Positions 28,958-38,626 of a stretch of 64,000 nucleotides of DNA are shown here, piece by piece. This DNA is from Candidatus Hydrogenedentota bacterium (GTDB lineage: Bacteria; Hydrogenedentota; Hydrogenedentia; Hydrogenedentales; JAEUWI01): NCBI GenBank assembly GCA_019637335.1, contig JAHBVV010000006.1:6235-70234 (forward strand), given 5' to 3'. Made by a program: the position numbers and the translations under genes. Position 1 is the stretch's first letter. Every line of letters begins with the position of its first letter. The notes beneath the pieces are model-generated. The model searched no databases. It saw nothing but the letters and a program-made list of their open reading frames with translations, and was not told the DNA's origin.

Positions 28958-30439
28958 TCAGGCCGGCAGGCCGTCGAGCGCCTCGGCGAAACGCGCGATG
29001 AGGTCATCGGTCGGTTCCAGGCCGATCGAAACCCGGACCAGCCACCGGGAGACGCCGTGGCTTTCCGCCCATTCCAGTTCGTCGAAGTGCGCGAGGAGCG
29101 TGTAGGGGCACGCCATCGAGAAGTCATTGCCCAGACTCGGGCCCTTCGATATGCGCAGGCGATCATAGAAGATTGGCGCACTGGCCTCCGGGTGCTTCAG
29201 CAGCAGAGAGAAAAGTCCGCCATAGCCCCCATCCGCGCGGCGGATCCGGTCGTAGGCGGCGCGGATGGTGAATTTCGGGTAGTAGACCCGGTCGACGGCG
29301 GGTTGCGCCGCGAGCCAGTCGCAAAGTTGCTCCGCCGTGGCGTTCATCGCGCGCACCCGCTCTTCGAAGACCCGCGAATTGTGCTCCAGCACCACCGCAT
29401 CCTCGGCCCAGAGGAGGTCCTCGAAATGCCGCGCCATGTGCATCTGAAAAGGCACATTGAACGCGCTGCCCGGATTGAGCGCGAGTGCGCCCGCCATGAC
29501 ATCGCCCACGCCGGAAAAGGCCTTGGTCAGGCTCGTGACGATGATATCCGCGTGCGGAAACGGCTGGATGTTCACGCAGGTCGCGGCGGTATCGTCCACG
29601 ATGAGCGGGACTTCGTGCTTGCGGGCCAGGGCCGCGAGATCAACGAGATCGCAGCCGTGCAGGAGCGGATTGCCCGGGAACTCGCAGACGATAGAGGATA
29701 CCGGGCCGCGCTCAAGGAGGCTGCGCACTTCGTCGAGATTGTAGTCCGGGACAAAGTAGTTGCCGGGGCCTTCCACGGTCTGGATCTTGAACACATCGAC
29801 GTAGGGAAAGCCGAGCTGGATGCTGCGCGCTTCCGGGCGGCGTTCCTGGGCCATGTGAAGCGCGCGGCTGACGGCGGCCATGCCGGATGGGAACAGCCAT
29901 ACGCCGGCGGCATCGACGCCGGTCAGCGCCGCGATCCGCTGGCGGACCGTTTCGCGGGCGGCCAGGCCGTGGGCCGGGGCGGGACGGTGGGACAGGGCGG
30001 CCTCGGCGCGCCGGGAGCTGATCACCTTCCCGAAGTGCTGCCAGAAGGCTTTGGCGTCCCGGAAGGCGGCTTCGGGGAAGAACACGGCATGCACCCCGCT
30101 GCTTTCCCAGGGACACTGCCGCACCCCCTCCCATCCCCGCACGGCCAGGAAATGGGCGCAACGCTCCGCCACCTTCTCCGAGGGAAACGCGAAGCAGCGC
30201 TCCCCCGGCTGGCCGAGGCGGTTCTCCAGGGTCGCGAAGAGCTCGGCGACCTGGGGATGCAAAACAAAACGGGGGTAACCCAATTGGAGTGATTCCACGA
30301 TCTCCGGGCGCCCCTCCTCATAACCGACCACGTGATCCCAACACGGCAGGGCCACCGAGGTGGCGTGGGGGGAATCGGGCAGCGGCGCGCCCAGGTCGTC
30401 GGCGCGCCAGCAGGGGTCAGTCAGGAGATTTCGGGTCAT
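28958..30439 (-). CDS. Cys/Met-metabolism PLP-dependent enzyme (cystathionine gamma-synthase-like) with about 110-aa N-terminal extension
   Basis: DIIVTSLTKAFSGVGDVMAGAL carries the PLP-Lys context. The protein is 493 aa, versus about 380 for canonical members. Confidence 0.75.
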   Translation of the reverse strand: MTRNLLTDPCWRADDLGAPLPDSPHATSVALPCWDHVVGYEEGRPEIVESLQLGYPRFVLHPQVAELFATLENRLGQPGERCFAFPSEKVAERCAHFLAVRGWEGVRQCPWESSGVHAVFFPEAAFRDAKAFWQHFGKVISSRRAEAALSHRPAPAHGLAARETVRQRIAALTGVDAAGVWLFPSGMAAVSRALHMAQERRPEARSIQLGFPYVDVFKIQTVEGPGNYFVPDYNLDEVRSLLERGPVSSIVCEFPGNPLLHGCDLVDLAALARKHEVPLIVDDTAATCVNIQPFPHADIIVTSLTKAFSGVGDVMAGALALNPGSAFNVPFQMHMARHFEDLLWAEDAVVLEHNSRVFEERVRAMNATAEQLCDWLAAQPAVDRVYYPKFTIRAAYDRIRRADGGYGGLFSLLLKHPEASAPIFYDRLRISKGPSLGNDFSMACPYTLLAHFDELEWAESHGVSRWLVRVSIGLEPTDDLIARFAEALDGLPA

Positions 30440-30596
30440 GCGAGGGGAACACCAGCCAGTAGAGAAGTCGGGAACGAAACTGCTTGCATTTCACCACCGC
30501 ATGCGCACGCACGGCCGCGGTGGAAGCGGGCGATACAGTAGCACAGGGTGCGGCGGTGCGCTCAAGTTTCCGGATTGCGACAAGAAGTTCTCGGCG

Positions 30597-30613
30597 GTGA
30601 CAAAAATTGTCAC
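30597..30613. promoter_or_regulatory. Perfect palindrome GTGACA-N5-TGTCAC, candidate enhancer (bEBP) site
   Basis: GTGACAAAAATTGTCAC lies about 100 nt upstream of the sigma54-like element. Confidence 0.35.
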
Positions 30614-30669
30614 ATCGTTACCGCTTCAGCAGGCCCGTGGCGCAATTCAAGCCAACTTCATTTATCGTA

Positions 30670-30682
30670 AATCATTTTATTA
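30670..30682 (+). promoter_or_regulatory. IHF-like site
   Basis: AATCATTTTATTA compared with WATCAANNNNTTR has one mismatch. It sits in an AT-rich tract between the palindrome and the -24/-12 element. Confidence 0.3.
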
Positions 30683-30698
30683 CAACATTTTAGCATTC

Positions 30699-30714
30699 TG
30701 GCACGGTCAATGCG
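30699..30714 (+). promoter_or_regulatory. Sigma54 (-24/-12) type promoter candidate for the pilin-like gene
   Basis: cTGGCACGgtcaATGCg compared with YTGGCACGrNNNTTGCW. The GG and GC are correctly spaced, and the element is about 63 nt upstream of the ATG at 30777. Confidence 0.5.
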
Positions 30715-30776
30715 TGGTTTCTTGCGTGCTCACAAGCAATTCAGCGCGCCACCGCGCGTGGCGAGGAGATTCCAAA

Positions 30777-31202
30777 ATGAAGCGTCAACATGGTTTTACC
30801 CTGATCGAGATGATGATCGTCGTGGGGATAATCGCGATACTTTCAGCGGTCGCCATCCCCAACCTGCTCCGGTCCCGGGTGCAGAGCAACGAGGCCGCCG
30901 CGATTCAGAACATCCGCACCGTGATCGGTGCGCAGACCGTGTTCCAGACCGCGAACCAGCGATTCGCGGCCGATTTCGCCGAACTGACCGCCGGCAACCC
31001 CGCGTTCCTGGACGGGAGCTGGGATCCGGCGAACGGCGGTTACCTGTACGTGCTGGTGGGCACGGACCACAGCTTCACACTGAACGCCAACGCGAAACAG
31101 TACGGCGTGACGGGCAATCGCGGGTTCTACACCGATACATCGGGCGTGATCCGCTATGCCGACATGGCGGACGCCGACAGTGCGAGCACGCCGATAGGCT
31201 GA
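30777..31202 (+). CDS. Prepilin-type N-terminal cleavage/methylation domain protein (type IV pilin / T2SS pseudopilin-like)
   Basis: MKRQHG|FTLIEMMIVVGIIAILSAVAIPNLL has the G/F cleavage site and Glu+5. GAGGAG lies upstream of the ATG. Confidence 0.88.
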   Translation: MKRQHGFTLIEMMIVVGIIAILSAVAIPNLLRSRVQSNEAAAIQNIRTVIGAQTVFQTANQRFAADFAELTAGNPAFLDGSWDPANGGYLYVLVGTDHSFTLNANAKQYGVTGNRGFYTDTSGVIRYADMADADSASTPIG

Positions 31203-31231
31203 ATTTGACCCCAACGTCCTCGTGGACGCGG

Positions 31232-31280
31232 GCGCCCCGGGCTTACCTCCAAGCGACCTCCCGGGGCGCTTTTCATTTTG
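31232..31280 (+). terminator. Rho-independent terminator
   Basis: A 10-bp stem, GCGCCCCGGG (31232-31241) / CCCGGGGCGC (31260-31269), is followed by TTTTCATTTT. Confidence 0.7.
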
Positions 31281-31365
31281 CGGCGCCCAGTTTATTGCGG
31301 GGCACTTGCGCAATTGGTGTACACTGACCGGCATGGGCAAGCCGTGAAACCGTTTTCTTCAATTA

Positions 31366-32484
<1,119 letters not shown>

Positions 32485-32507
32485 CCACGACACCACCGGA
32501 GGACATC

Positions 32508-33413
32508 ATGATTCAGGTTGGGATACTGAACGCCTACTTCCCCTACACGCTCGAAGAAAGCGCCCGGCGCATTCGCGCGCTCGACTTCAACACGGTCCAG
32601 CTCGACCTCGTGTTCAAAGACATGGACCTCGGGGTTGACGCGATTGATTCGGCGAAGTGCCGGACCATCCGGGACACCTTCCGGCGCCATAACCTGCCCA
32701 TCTGTTGTATTTCCGGCTACACCAACCTGATACATCCGGATCCGGACCGGCGGCGGGCGAACCTGACGATGCTCAAGCAGATCATCCGCCACGCGCGCGA
32801 GCTGGGTTCGCCATACGTGATCAGCGAGACCGGCACCTTCGACCCGGACAGCGACTGGGTGCACCACCCGAAGAACAAGACGCGCGAGGGCTACGAGGTG
32901 TGCCGCGATGTCATCGGGGATCTCGTGCAGTGCGCCCGGGAGCACGGCGCGGTGTTTCTGGTGGAGACGTATGTGAACAACGTGATTGGATCCATCGAGG
33001 AAACGCTGCAATTGTTTGCGGACATCGACGATCCGTGCCTGGGCCTCCTGATGGACCCGACCAACTACTTCGAGACCCACAATATCGGTCAGATGGACGC
33101 CCAGTTGAACGCGATTTTCGATGCGCTCTCGGACAAGATCCGGATCGCGCACGCGAAGGACGTAAAGCTGGCGGAGCGCGACCAGGGCGTGGTCCTTTCG
33201 GATATCGACGCGGGCGAGGGACACGCGCTTCAGGGGGTGGGGATGATCGAACTGCCGCCGCCGGGCAAGGGCGTCTTGAACTATGACCTGTACCTGCAAC
33301 GGCTGGCGCGGAAGCATCCGAATATCCCGATCATCATCGAACACCTCGATGAGTCCGATGTGCCCCGCGCGAAGGAGTTCATTGAGGGCCGCTTGATGGC
33401 GAATGGGCTCTAG
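32508..33413 (+). CDS. Sugar phosphate isomerase/epimerase (xylose-isomerase-like TIM barrel)
   Basis: The ATG at 32508 is preceded by GGAGGA. MIQVGILNAYFPYTLEESARRIRALDFNTVQLDL...VISETG...FLVETY...HAKD...IIIEH fits the AP-endonuclease-2/XI-like TIM-barrel pattern. Confidence 0.8.
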   Translation: MIQVGILNAYFPYTLEESARRIRALDFNTVQLDLVFKDMDLGVDAIDSAKCRTIRDTFRRHNLPICCISGYTNLIHPDPDRRRANLTMLKQIIRHARELGSPYVISETGTFDPDSDWVHHPKNKTREGYEVCRDVIGDLVQCAREHGAVFLVETYVNNVIGSIEETLQLFADIDDPCLGLLMDPTNYFETHNIGQMDAQLNAIFDALSDKIRIAHAKDVKLAERDQGVVLSDIDAGEGHALQGVGMIELPPPGKGVLNYDLYLQRLARKHPNIPIIIEHLDESDVPRAKEFIEGRLMANGL

Positions 33414-33434
33414 CGTCGGATTGTTCGCGGCGCA

Positions 33435-33494
33435 GCGATTGAACGCAATCTGAATTGTTTGAACCGCGAATGAACACGAATTGACGCGAATGAA
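33435..33494. repeat. Six degenerate 10-bp phased units
   Basis: The units are gcgattgaac / gcaatctgaa / ttgtttgaac / cgcgaatgaa / cacgaattga / cgcgaatgaa, so TGAA/TTGA recurs every 10 bp. The array lies 115-175 nt upstream of the 33609 start. Confidence 0.55.
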
Positions 33495-33608
33495 GAGAAG
33501 AAACACCGGGATTCTACCGGGACCTGTAGCGGATTACATTGCGGTAGGATCCGGCGGGGGCTCTGTTGTACACTGGCGGGCGAGAGCAGCATTTATGAAC
33601 AAGGCGGT

Positions 33609-36600
33609 ATGCATTCGATGAACGTTCTTCCATTCCTGCGCTGTACCATCGTTGGGGTGATCGCCGTGGCGGCGGGGCTGGCCGGGGGCGTCGAGCCCTC
33701 AAATCCCCAGGACCTCGAATTCTTCGAGCGCGCGGTGCGGCCCGTGCTCAGCCAGTATTGCTACGGCTGCCACGGCGCCGAAAAGCAGTCCGGCGGCCTT
33801 CGCATGGACCACGGGCAATTCATTCGCACGGGCGGCGACTCCGGTCCCGGGCTCGTGGCGGGCGATCCAGCCGCCAGCCGGATCTGGAACGCGATATCCT
33901 ACGAGAACGTCGACCTGCAGATGCCGCCCAAGGGCATCCTGCCCGAGGAAGCGCGGGCGTCGATACAGCAGTGGATCGAGCGCGGCGCGGTCTGGCCGGA
34001 CGAACCGCTCCCGCAGGAGGGGGCAGCGGAAGTTTTTGACCTGGAGCAACGCCGCCAGGAGCATTGGGCCTGGCAGCCGGTGACGAACCCCGAGCCGCCG
34101 GCGGTGCGGGACGCCCGGTTCGCCGCCCATCCCGTGGACCGGTTTCTGCAGGCGGAACGCGAGGAACGCGGGCTCGCGACTGCACTGGAGGCGGATCGCC
34201 GGGTGTTGGCGCGGCGCGCGGCCTTCGCGCTGACGGGCCTCCCCCCCGCGCCGGAAGTTGTGGACGCCTTCGAGCGAGACACAAGTCCCGACGCGTACCT
34301 CCGCCTCCTCGATCGCCTGATTAACTCGACGGCTTTCGGCGAGCGCTGGGCGCGGCACTGGTTCGACCTGGTGCGCTACGCCGATACGCACGGCCACGAG
34401 GGCGACTACCCGATCCGGCATTCGTGGACCTACCGGGACTACGTGATCCGCGCGCTGAACGACGACGTGCCCTACGACCAGTTTGTCCGCGAGCATCTTG
34501 CGGGCGACTTGCTCGAAGAGCCCCGCCGGGACCCGGAGCAGAACATCAACGAATCCGTGCTTGCAACGGGATTCTGGTACATGCACCAGGCGACGCACGC
34601 GCCGGTGGACGTGAAGCGCGACCAGGCGGATCGCATCGACAACCAGATCGACGTGATGTCGAAGACCTTTCTCGGCATGACGGTGTCGTGCAGCCGCTGC
34701 CACGATCACAAGTTCGACGCGATCTCGGCGCGCGATTACTATTCCCTGGCCGGACACCTGTACAGCGCGCGGCAATCCATTGCGTTTCTGGATCCGGGCC
34801 AGAAGATCCAATCGGCGGCCTTCACCCACCGCGCCCTGCTGAGCCGGCAGGCGCGCGCGGTGCGCGAGGCGATCCTGAATACGCCCGATATCGACGCAAT
34901 GCCCGTAGCGCCGTACCTTCAGGGCGCCGCGCGTGTCCTGTTCGACGCGCCCATCCCCTCCGATGGCGTCGAGCCGCCGCCCGCGAAGGACGGGAAGGCG
35001 CCCGAGCCCCAGGCCGGCCGCCCGCTGGAGAAAGTGGCCGAGGAAATGGCGCTGGACGCCGATCACCTGCACCGCTGGGTGGCCGCGTTACGCGAACCGG
35101 ACACGGACACGCCCGCGCATCCACTCCATGCGTGGAAACGGCTGGCCCGCGCCGCACGCACGGAGACCCCGGAAGCGATTCAGGCCATCGCGGCGGAACT
35201 GGCCGCGGCGCCGGCCGACCCAACCGCCGAAACGGACGCCGGCGTGGTGTACGCCACGTTTGACGGCCCCGATTTCGAGGGCTGGTTTACGTCGGGCGAC
35301 GCGTTTGGCGCGGCGCCGTCAACACCGGATGCCTGGGCCGCGCCGGAGAACGAACTCGCCCCCGTGGCGCCCGGCGCGGCGCACAGCGGGCTGGTCTCCG
35401 GAAAATTGCAGGGCATTCTGCGATCGCCGACCTTCACGATCGATTCGGACTACATGCATTTCCGGGTGGCCGGGCGCGACACGCGCATCCGGCTCGTGGT
35501 GGACGGGTATCAGCTCCGCTTTGACAATGGCCTGCTCTTCGACGACACCCTGCTGGAGGTGGGCAACACGCTCGGGGCCTTTGCGTGGCGCACGATGGGC
35601 AAGCAGGTGGGCAAATATCGCGGGCGCACCGCGTACATCGAGTTTATCGACGAAAGCGATGGCTATATTGCGGTCGATACGGTGGTCTTCAGCGACGATC
35701 CGACGCCGCCTTCGCCGGGCGCGCGCTTTCACCGGGATGGCCTTATCCCGGCCGACGTAACCGAGCCGGGCGCCCTGCTCGACGCCCTCGCGCAGAACTA
35801 CGAGCGGATGGTTCACCTCGCCTGGCGCAACCATGCGGCGTCCCTTCCCGCGCTGGCGGGCGATCCGGTGTCCGCCATGCTGATCCGCCGCGGTCTCTGG
35901 TGGAACGACGAGTCGCGAAGCCTGCGGGACCAGCTGCGGGACGAGATCGCGGCTTCCGGGGAGAGAATCGCGGCGCCCTTGAAGGCGCTGGCCATGGAGG
36001 CCGGCACACCGCAGGACGCGGAATTCTTCATTCGGGGCGATCACCGCAACGTGTCGGGCGAAGTGCCGCGCGGCTACCTGGCGGCGCTTGAGCACGAAAC
36101 ACCGCAGCCGACGCCCACGCGCCTGGATCTCGCAAACCGCATTGCCGACCCGAAAAACCCGCTGACCGCGCGGGTCTACGTAAACCGCGTCTTCCACCAC
36201 CTCTTCGGGCGCGGCATTGTGCCGTCGGTCGACAATTTCGGTGTGTTGGGGCAGCCGCCCTCCCACCCGGAACTGCTCGACTACCTCGCGACGCGTTTCA
36301 TGGAGGAAGGCTGGTCCACCAAGTGGCTGATCAGGTTTCTCATGGAGACCGAGACGTACCGAATGAGCGGCGTGCCCATCGACGCCGCCGCCGAGGCGTC
36401 GGATCCGGCCAATGTATACCTGCACCGGATGCGCGTTCAGCGCCTGGAGGGAGAGGCCATTCGCGATGCGCTGCTGGCGGTCGCGGGTAATCTTGACGCC
36501 ACCATGTACGGCCCCTCGATTCAGGCCTATGTGCCCCCGTTCGAGGCGAACCGGCGCAGCCCGGCTTCGGGGCCGATGGACGGAAACCGGCGCCGCACCA

Positions 36601-36998
36601 TCTATCTGGAGGTGCGGCGAAATCACCTGCTGCCCATCGCGGCGGTGTTCGACATGCCCGTGCCCGACACGACGATTGGCGCGCGGACGGTTTCGAATCT
36701 GCCGGCGCAGGCGCTCATCCTGATGAATGACCCGTTTGTGACGTCGCAGGCGCAGGTCTGGAGCGAGCGGCTGATCCTGGAGCATCATCCCGATCCAGCG
36801 TCGATCATGGAGGCGCTGTTCCAAACCGCGCTGGCGCGATCGCCGCGAGACGATGAGCGCGGCGCGCTGGCGGCATTTGTCGAGTCGCAGGCCGCGCTGT
36901 ATGGCGTTGCGGCGGAGGAGGCCTGGCGCGATACGCGGGTCCTCGCGGATCTCTGCCACACCGTTTTCATGCTCAAGGAATTCATCTATATCGGCTAG
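33609..36998 (+). CDS. PSCyt1 (CxxCH) - DUF1549 - beta-sandwich insert - DUF1553 protein
   Basis: It has a signal peptide, and CYGCHGAEKQSGGLRMD (a planctomycete cytochrome-c motif). RHWFDLVRYADTHG, SCSRCHDHKFD and a C-terminal DUF1553-like region (NRVFHHLFGRGIVPSVDNFG) are also present. Confidence 0.88.
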   Translation: MHSMNVLPFLRCTIVGVIAVAAGLAGGVEPSNPQDLEFFERAVRPVLSQYCYGCHGAEKQSGGLRMDHGQFIRTGGDSGPGLVAGDPAASRIWNAISYENVDLQMPPKGILPEEARASIQQWIERGAVWPDEPLPQEGAAEVFDLEQRRQEHWAWQPVTNPEPPAVRDARFAAHPVDRFLQAEREERGLATALEADRRVLARRAAFALTGLPPAPEVVDAFERDTSPDAYLRLLDRLINSTAFGERWARHWFDLVRYADTHGHEGDYPIRHSWTYRDYVIRALNDDVPYDQFVREHLAGDLLEEPRRDPEQNINESVLATGFWYMHQATHAPVDVKRDQADRIDNQIDVMSKTFLGMTVSCSRCHDHKFDAISARDYYSLAGHLYSARQSIAFLDPGQKIQSAAFTHRALLSRQARAVREAILNTPDIDAMPVAPYLQGAARVLFDAPIPSDGVEPPPAKDGKAPEPQAGRPLEKVAEEMALDADHLHRWVAALREPDTDTPAHPLHAWKRLARAARTETPEAIQAIAAELAAAPADPTAETDAGVVYATFDGPDFEGWFTSGDAFGAAPSTPDAWAAPENELAPVAPGAAHSGLVSGKLQGILRSPTFTIDSDYMHFRVAGRDTRIRLVVDGYQLRFDNGLLFDDTLLEVGNTLGAFAWRTMGKQVGKYRGRTAYIEFIDESDGYIAVDTVVFSDDPTPPSPGARFHRDGLIPADVTEPGALLDALAQNYERMVHLAWRNHAASLPALAGDPVSAMLIRRGLWWNDESRSLRDQLRDEIAASGERIAAPLKALAMEAGTPQDAEFFIRGDHRNVSGEVPRGYLAALEHETPQPTPTRLDLANRIADPKNPLTARVYVNRVFHHLFGRGIVPSVDNFGVLGQPPSHPELLDYLATRFMEEGWSTKWLIRFLMETETYRMSGVPIDAAAEASDPANVYLHRMRVQRLEGEAIRDALLAVAGNLDATMYGPSIQAYVPPFEANRRSPASGPMDGNRRRTIYLEVRRNHLLPIAAVFDMPVPDTTIGARTVSNLPAQALILMNDPFVTSQAQVWSERLILEHHPDPASIMEALFQTALARSPRDDERGALAAFVESQAALYGVAAEEAWRDTRVLADLCHTVFMLKEFIYIG

Positions 36999-37017
36999 CG
37001 CGCCGGGAGTAGATTGC

Positions 37018-38466
37018 ATGTACAAGCATCATGAATCTGGCTGTTCCTGCGGGTCCCGCGTGAGCCCCGCGCCGATGACCCGGCGCGACATGTTGCGCCG
37101 CTGCGCGAATGGATTCGGGGCGGTCGCCCTGTCGGCGTTGATGGCCGACAAGGCGTACGGCGCGGCGGAGAAGATGACCGCGCCGGGCCTGCCCCACTAC
37201 GCGGCGAAAGCGAAGCGCGTGGTGTTTCTCTATATGGACGGGGGCGTGTCGCAGGTGGACAGCTTCGATCCGAAGCCGCGCCTGACCGCCGAGAACGGCC
37301 AGCCCTTCGCCATGACTATGGAGCCGACCCAGTTCGACAACAACGGCTCGACGCTGGGAAGCCCCTGGGCCTTCAAGCGGTACGGCGAGAGCGGCGCGCC
37401 GGTTTCCGAGCTCTTTCCGCACATCGGGACGTGTGTGGACGACCTCGCCATTGTCCGGTCGATGGTGTCCAACTTCTCCGAGCACAACCAGGCCAACTAC
37501 TTCCTGCACACGGGACATGGCCTGGTGGGCCGCCCGTCGATGGGCGCGTGGACGCTCTACGGGCTGGGCAGCGAGAACCAGAACCTGCCCGGGTTCGTGG
37601 TGCTCAACGGCGGCCTGATCCCGTCGGGCGGCGTGGAGAATTTCGGCGCGGGCTTTCTGCCGGCGGCCTACCAGGCGTCGCTGTTCAAGGCCCAGGACCA
37701 CCCGCTGGCGAACATCGCCCCCGCCGAGGCCGCGCCGGGCGCGCAGCAGGCGCGCCTGAACCTGATGAATCGGCTGGACACGGCGGCGCTGGAACACCGG
37801 GGCCGGCTGGACGCGTTCGAGGCCGCCATCGCGAATTACGAGCTTGCCTACCGCATGCAGGTGACCGTGCCGGACCTGGTCGATTTGCGCGGTGAGTCCG
37901 ACGCCACGAAGCGGCTCTACGGGCTGGAGGCGGAATACGAGCACACCCGGGCCTACGGCATGCAGTGCCTGATCGCGCGGCGCCTGCTGGAGCGTGGCGT
38001 GCGCTTCATCGAGCTCACATGTCCGCCTATCGACGGCCAGGACCGCTGGGACGCGCACGGCGATCTGGTGAGCAACCACAGCCTGAACGCGAAGGCGGTG
38101 GACCAGCCGATCGCGGGCCTGATCAAGGATTTGAAGTGCCGCGGGATGCTGGAGGACACGCTGGTGGTCTGGGCGGGCGAGTTCGGGCGGACGCCGTTCG
38201 CGCAGGGGACCGTGGGCCGGGATCACAACCCCTTCGGCTTTACCATCTGGATGGCGGGCGGCGGCGTAAAGCCGGGCATCATCTACGGGGCCACGGACGA
38301 ATACGGCTACAAGGCCATCGAGAACAAGGTGGAGATCCACGACCTGCACGCGACCATGCTCCACCTGCTCGGCTTCGACCACACGAAACTTTCCTATCAT
38401 TACAGCGGCCGCGACATGCGCCTGACCGACGTGCACGGACACGTGGTGCACGATATTCTGTCGTGA
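37018..38466 (+). CDS. DUF1501 (sulfatase-fold) protein with TAT-type signal
   Basis: The ATG at 37018 follows GGGAG. MTRRDMLRRCANGFGAVALSALMA, LYMDGGVSQVDSFDPKP, WDAHGDL, GEFGRTP and RDHNPFGFTIWMAGGG are present. Confidence 0.88.
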   Translation: MYKHHESGCSCGSRVSPAPMTRRDMLRRCANGFGAVALSALMADKAYGAAEKMTAPGLPHYAAKAKRVVFLYMDGGVSQVDSFDPKPRLTAENGQPFAMTMEPTQFDNNGSTLGSPWAFKRYGESGAPVSELFPHIGTCVDDLAIVRSMVSNFSEHNQANYFLHTGHGLVGRPSMGAWTLYGLGSENQNLPGFVVLNGGLIPSGGVENFGAGFLPAAYQASLFKAQDHPLANIAPAEAAPGAQQARLNLMNRLDTAALEHRGRLDAFEAAIANYELAYRMQVTVPDLVDLRGESDATKRLYGLEAEYEHTRAYGMQCLIARRLLERGVRFIELTCPPIDGQDRWDAHGDLVSNHSLNAKAVDQPIAGLIKDLKCRGMLEDTLVVWAGEFGRTPFAQGTVGRDHNPFGFTIWMAGGGVKPGIIYGATDEYGYKAIENKVEIHDLHATMLHLLGFDHTKLSYHYSGRDMRLTDVHGHVVHDILS

Positions 38467-38626
38467 GCTGTGCGGGATTCCGGCTGGCGCTTGCGTGCTT
38501 CAGGGACGACAGAGACGGCAGGGACAGCAGAGACACGAATTACGCCGAGCTGGCCGCTGCGTGACCGCATCGGCGCGGCGCGGCTTCTTTCTTGATATGT
38601 TGTAAACACATCTCCGGAGGAGCACA

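Noticed and set aside
33699-38451. Minus-strand ORFs 33699-35072, 35319-37025 and 36982-38451
   Set aside because: They are antisense shadows of the PSCyt/DUF1553 and DUF1501 genes.
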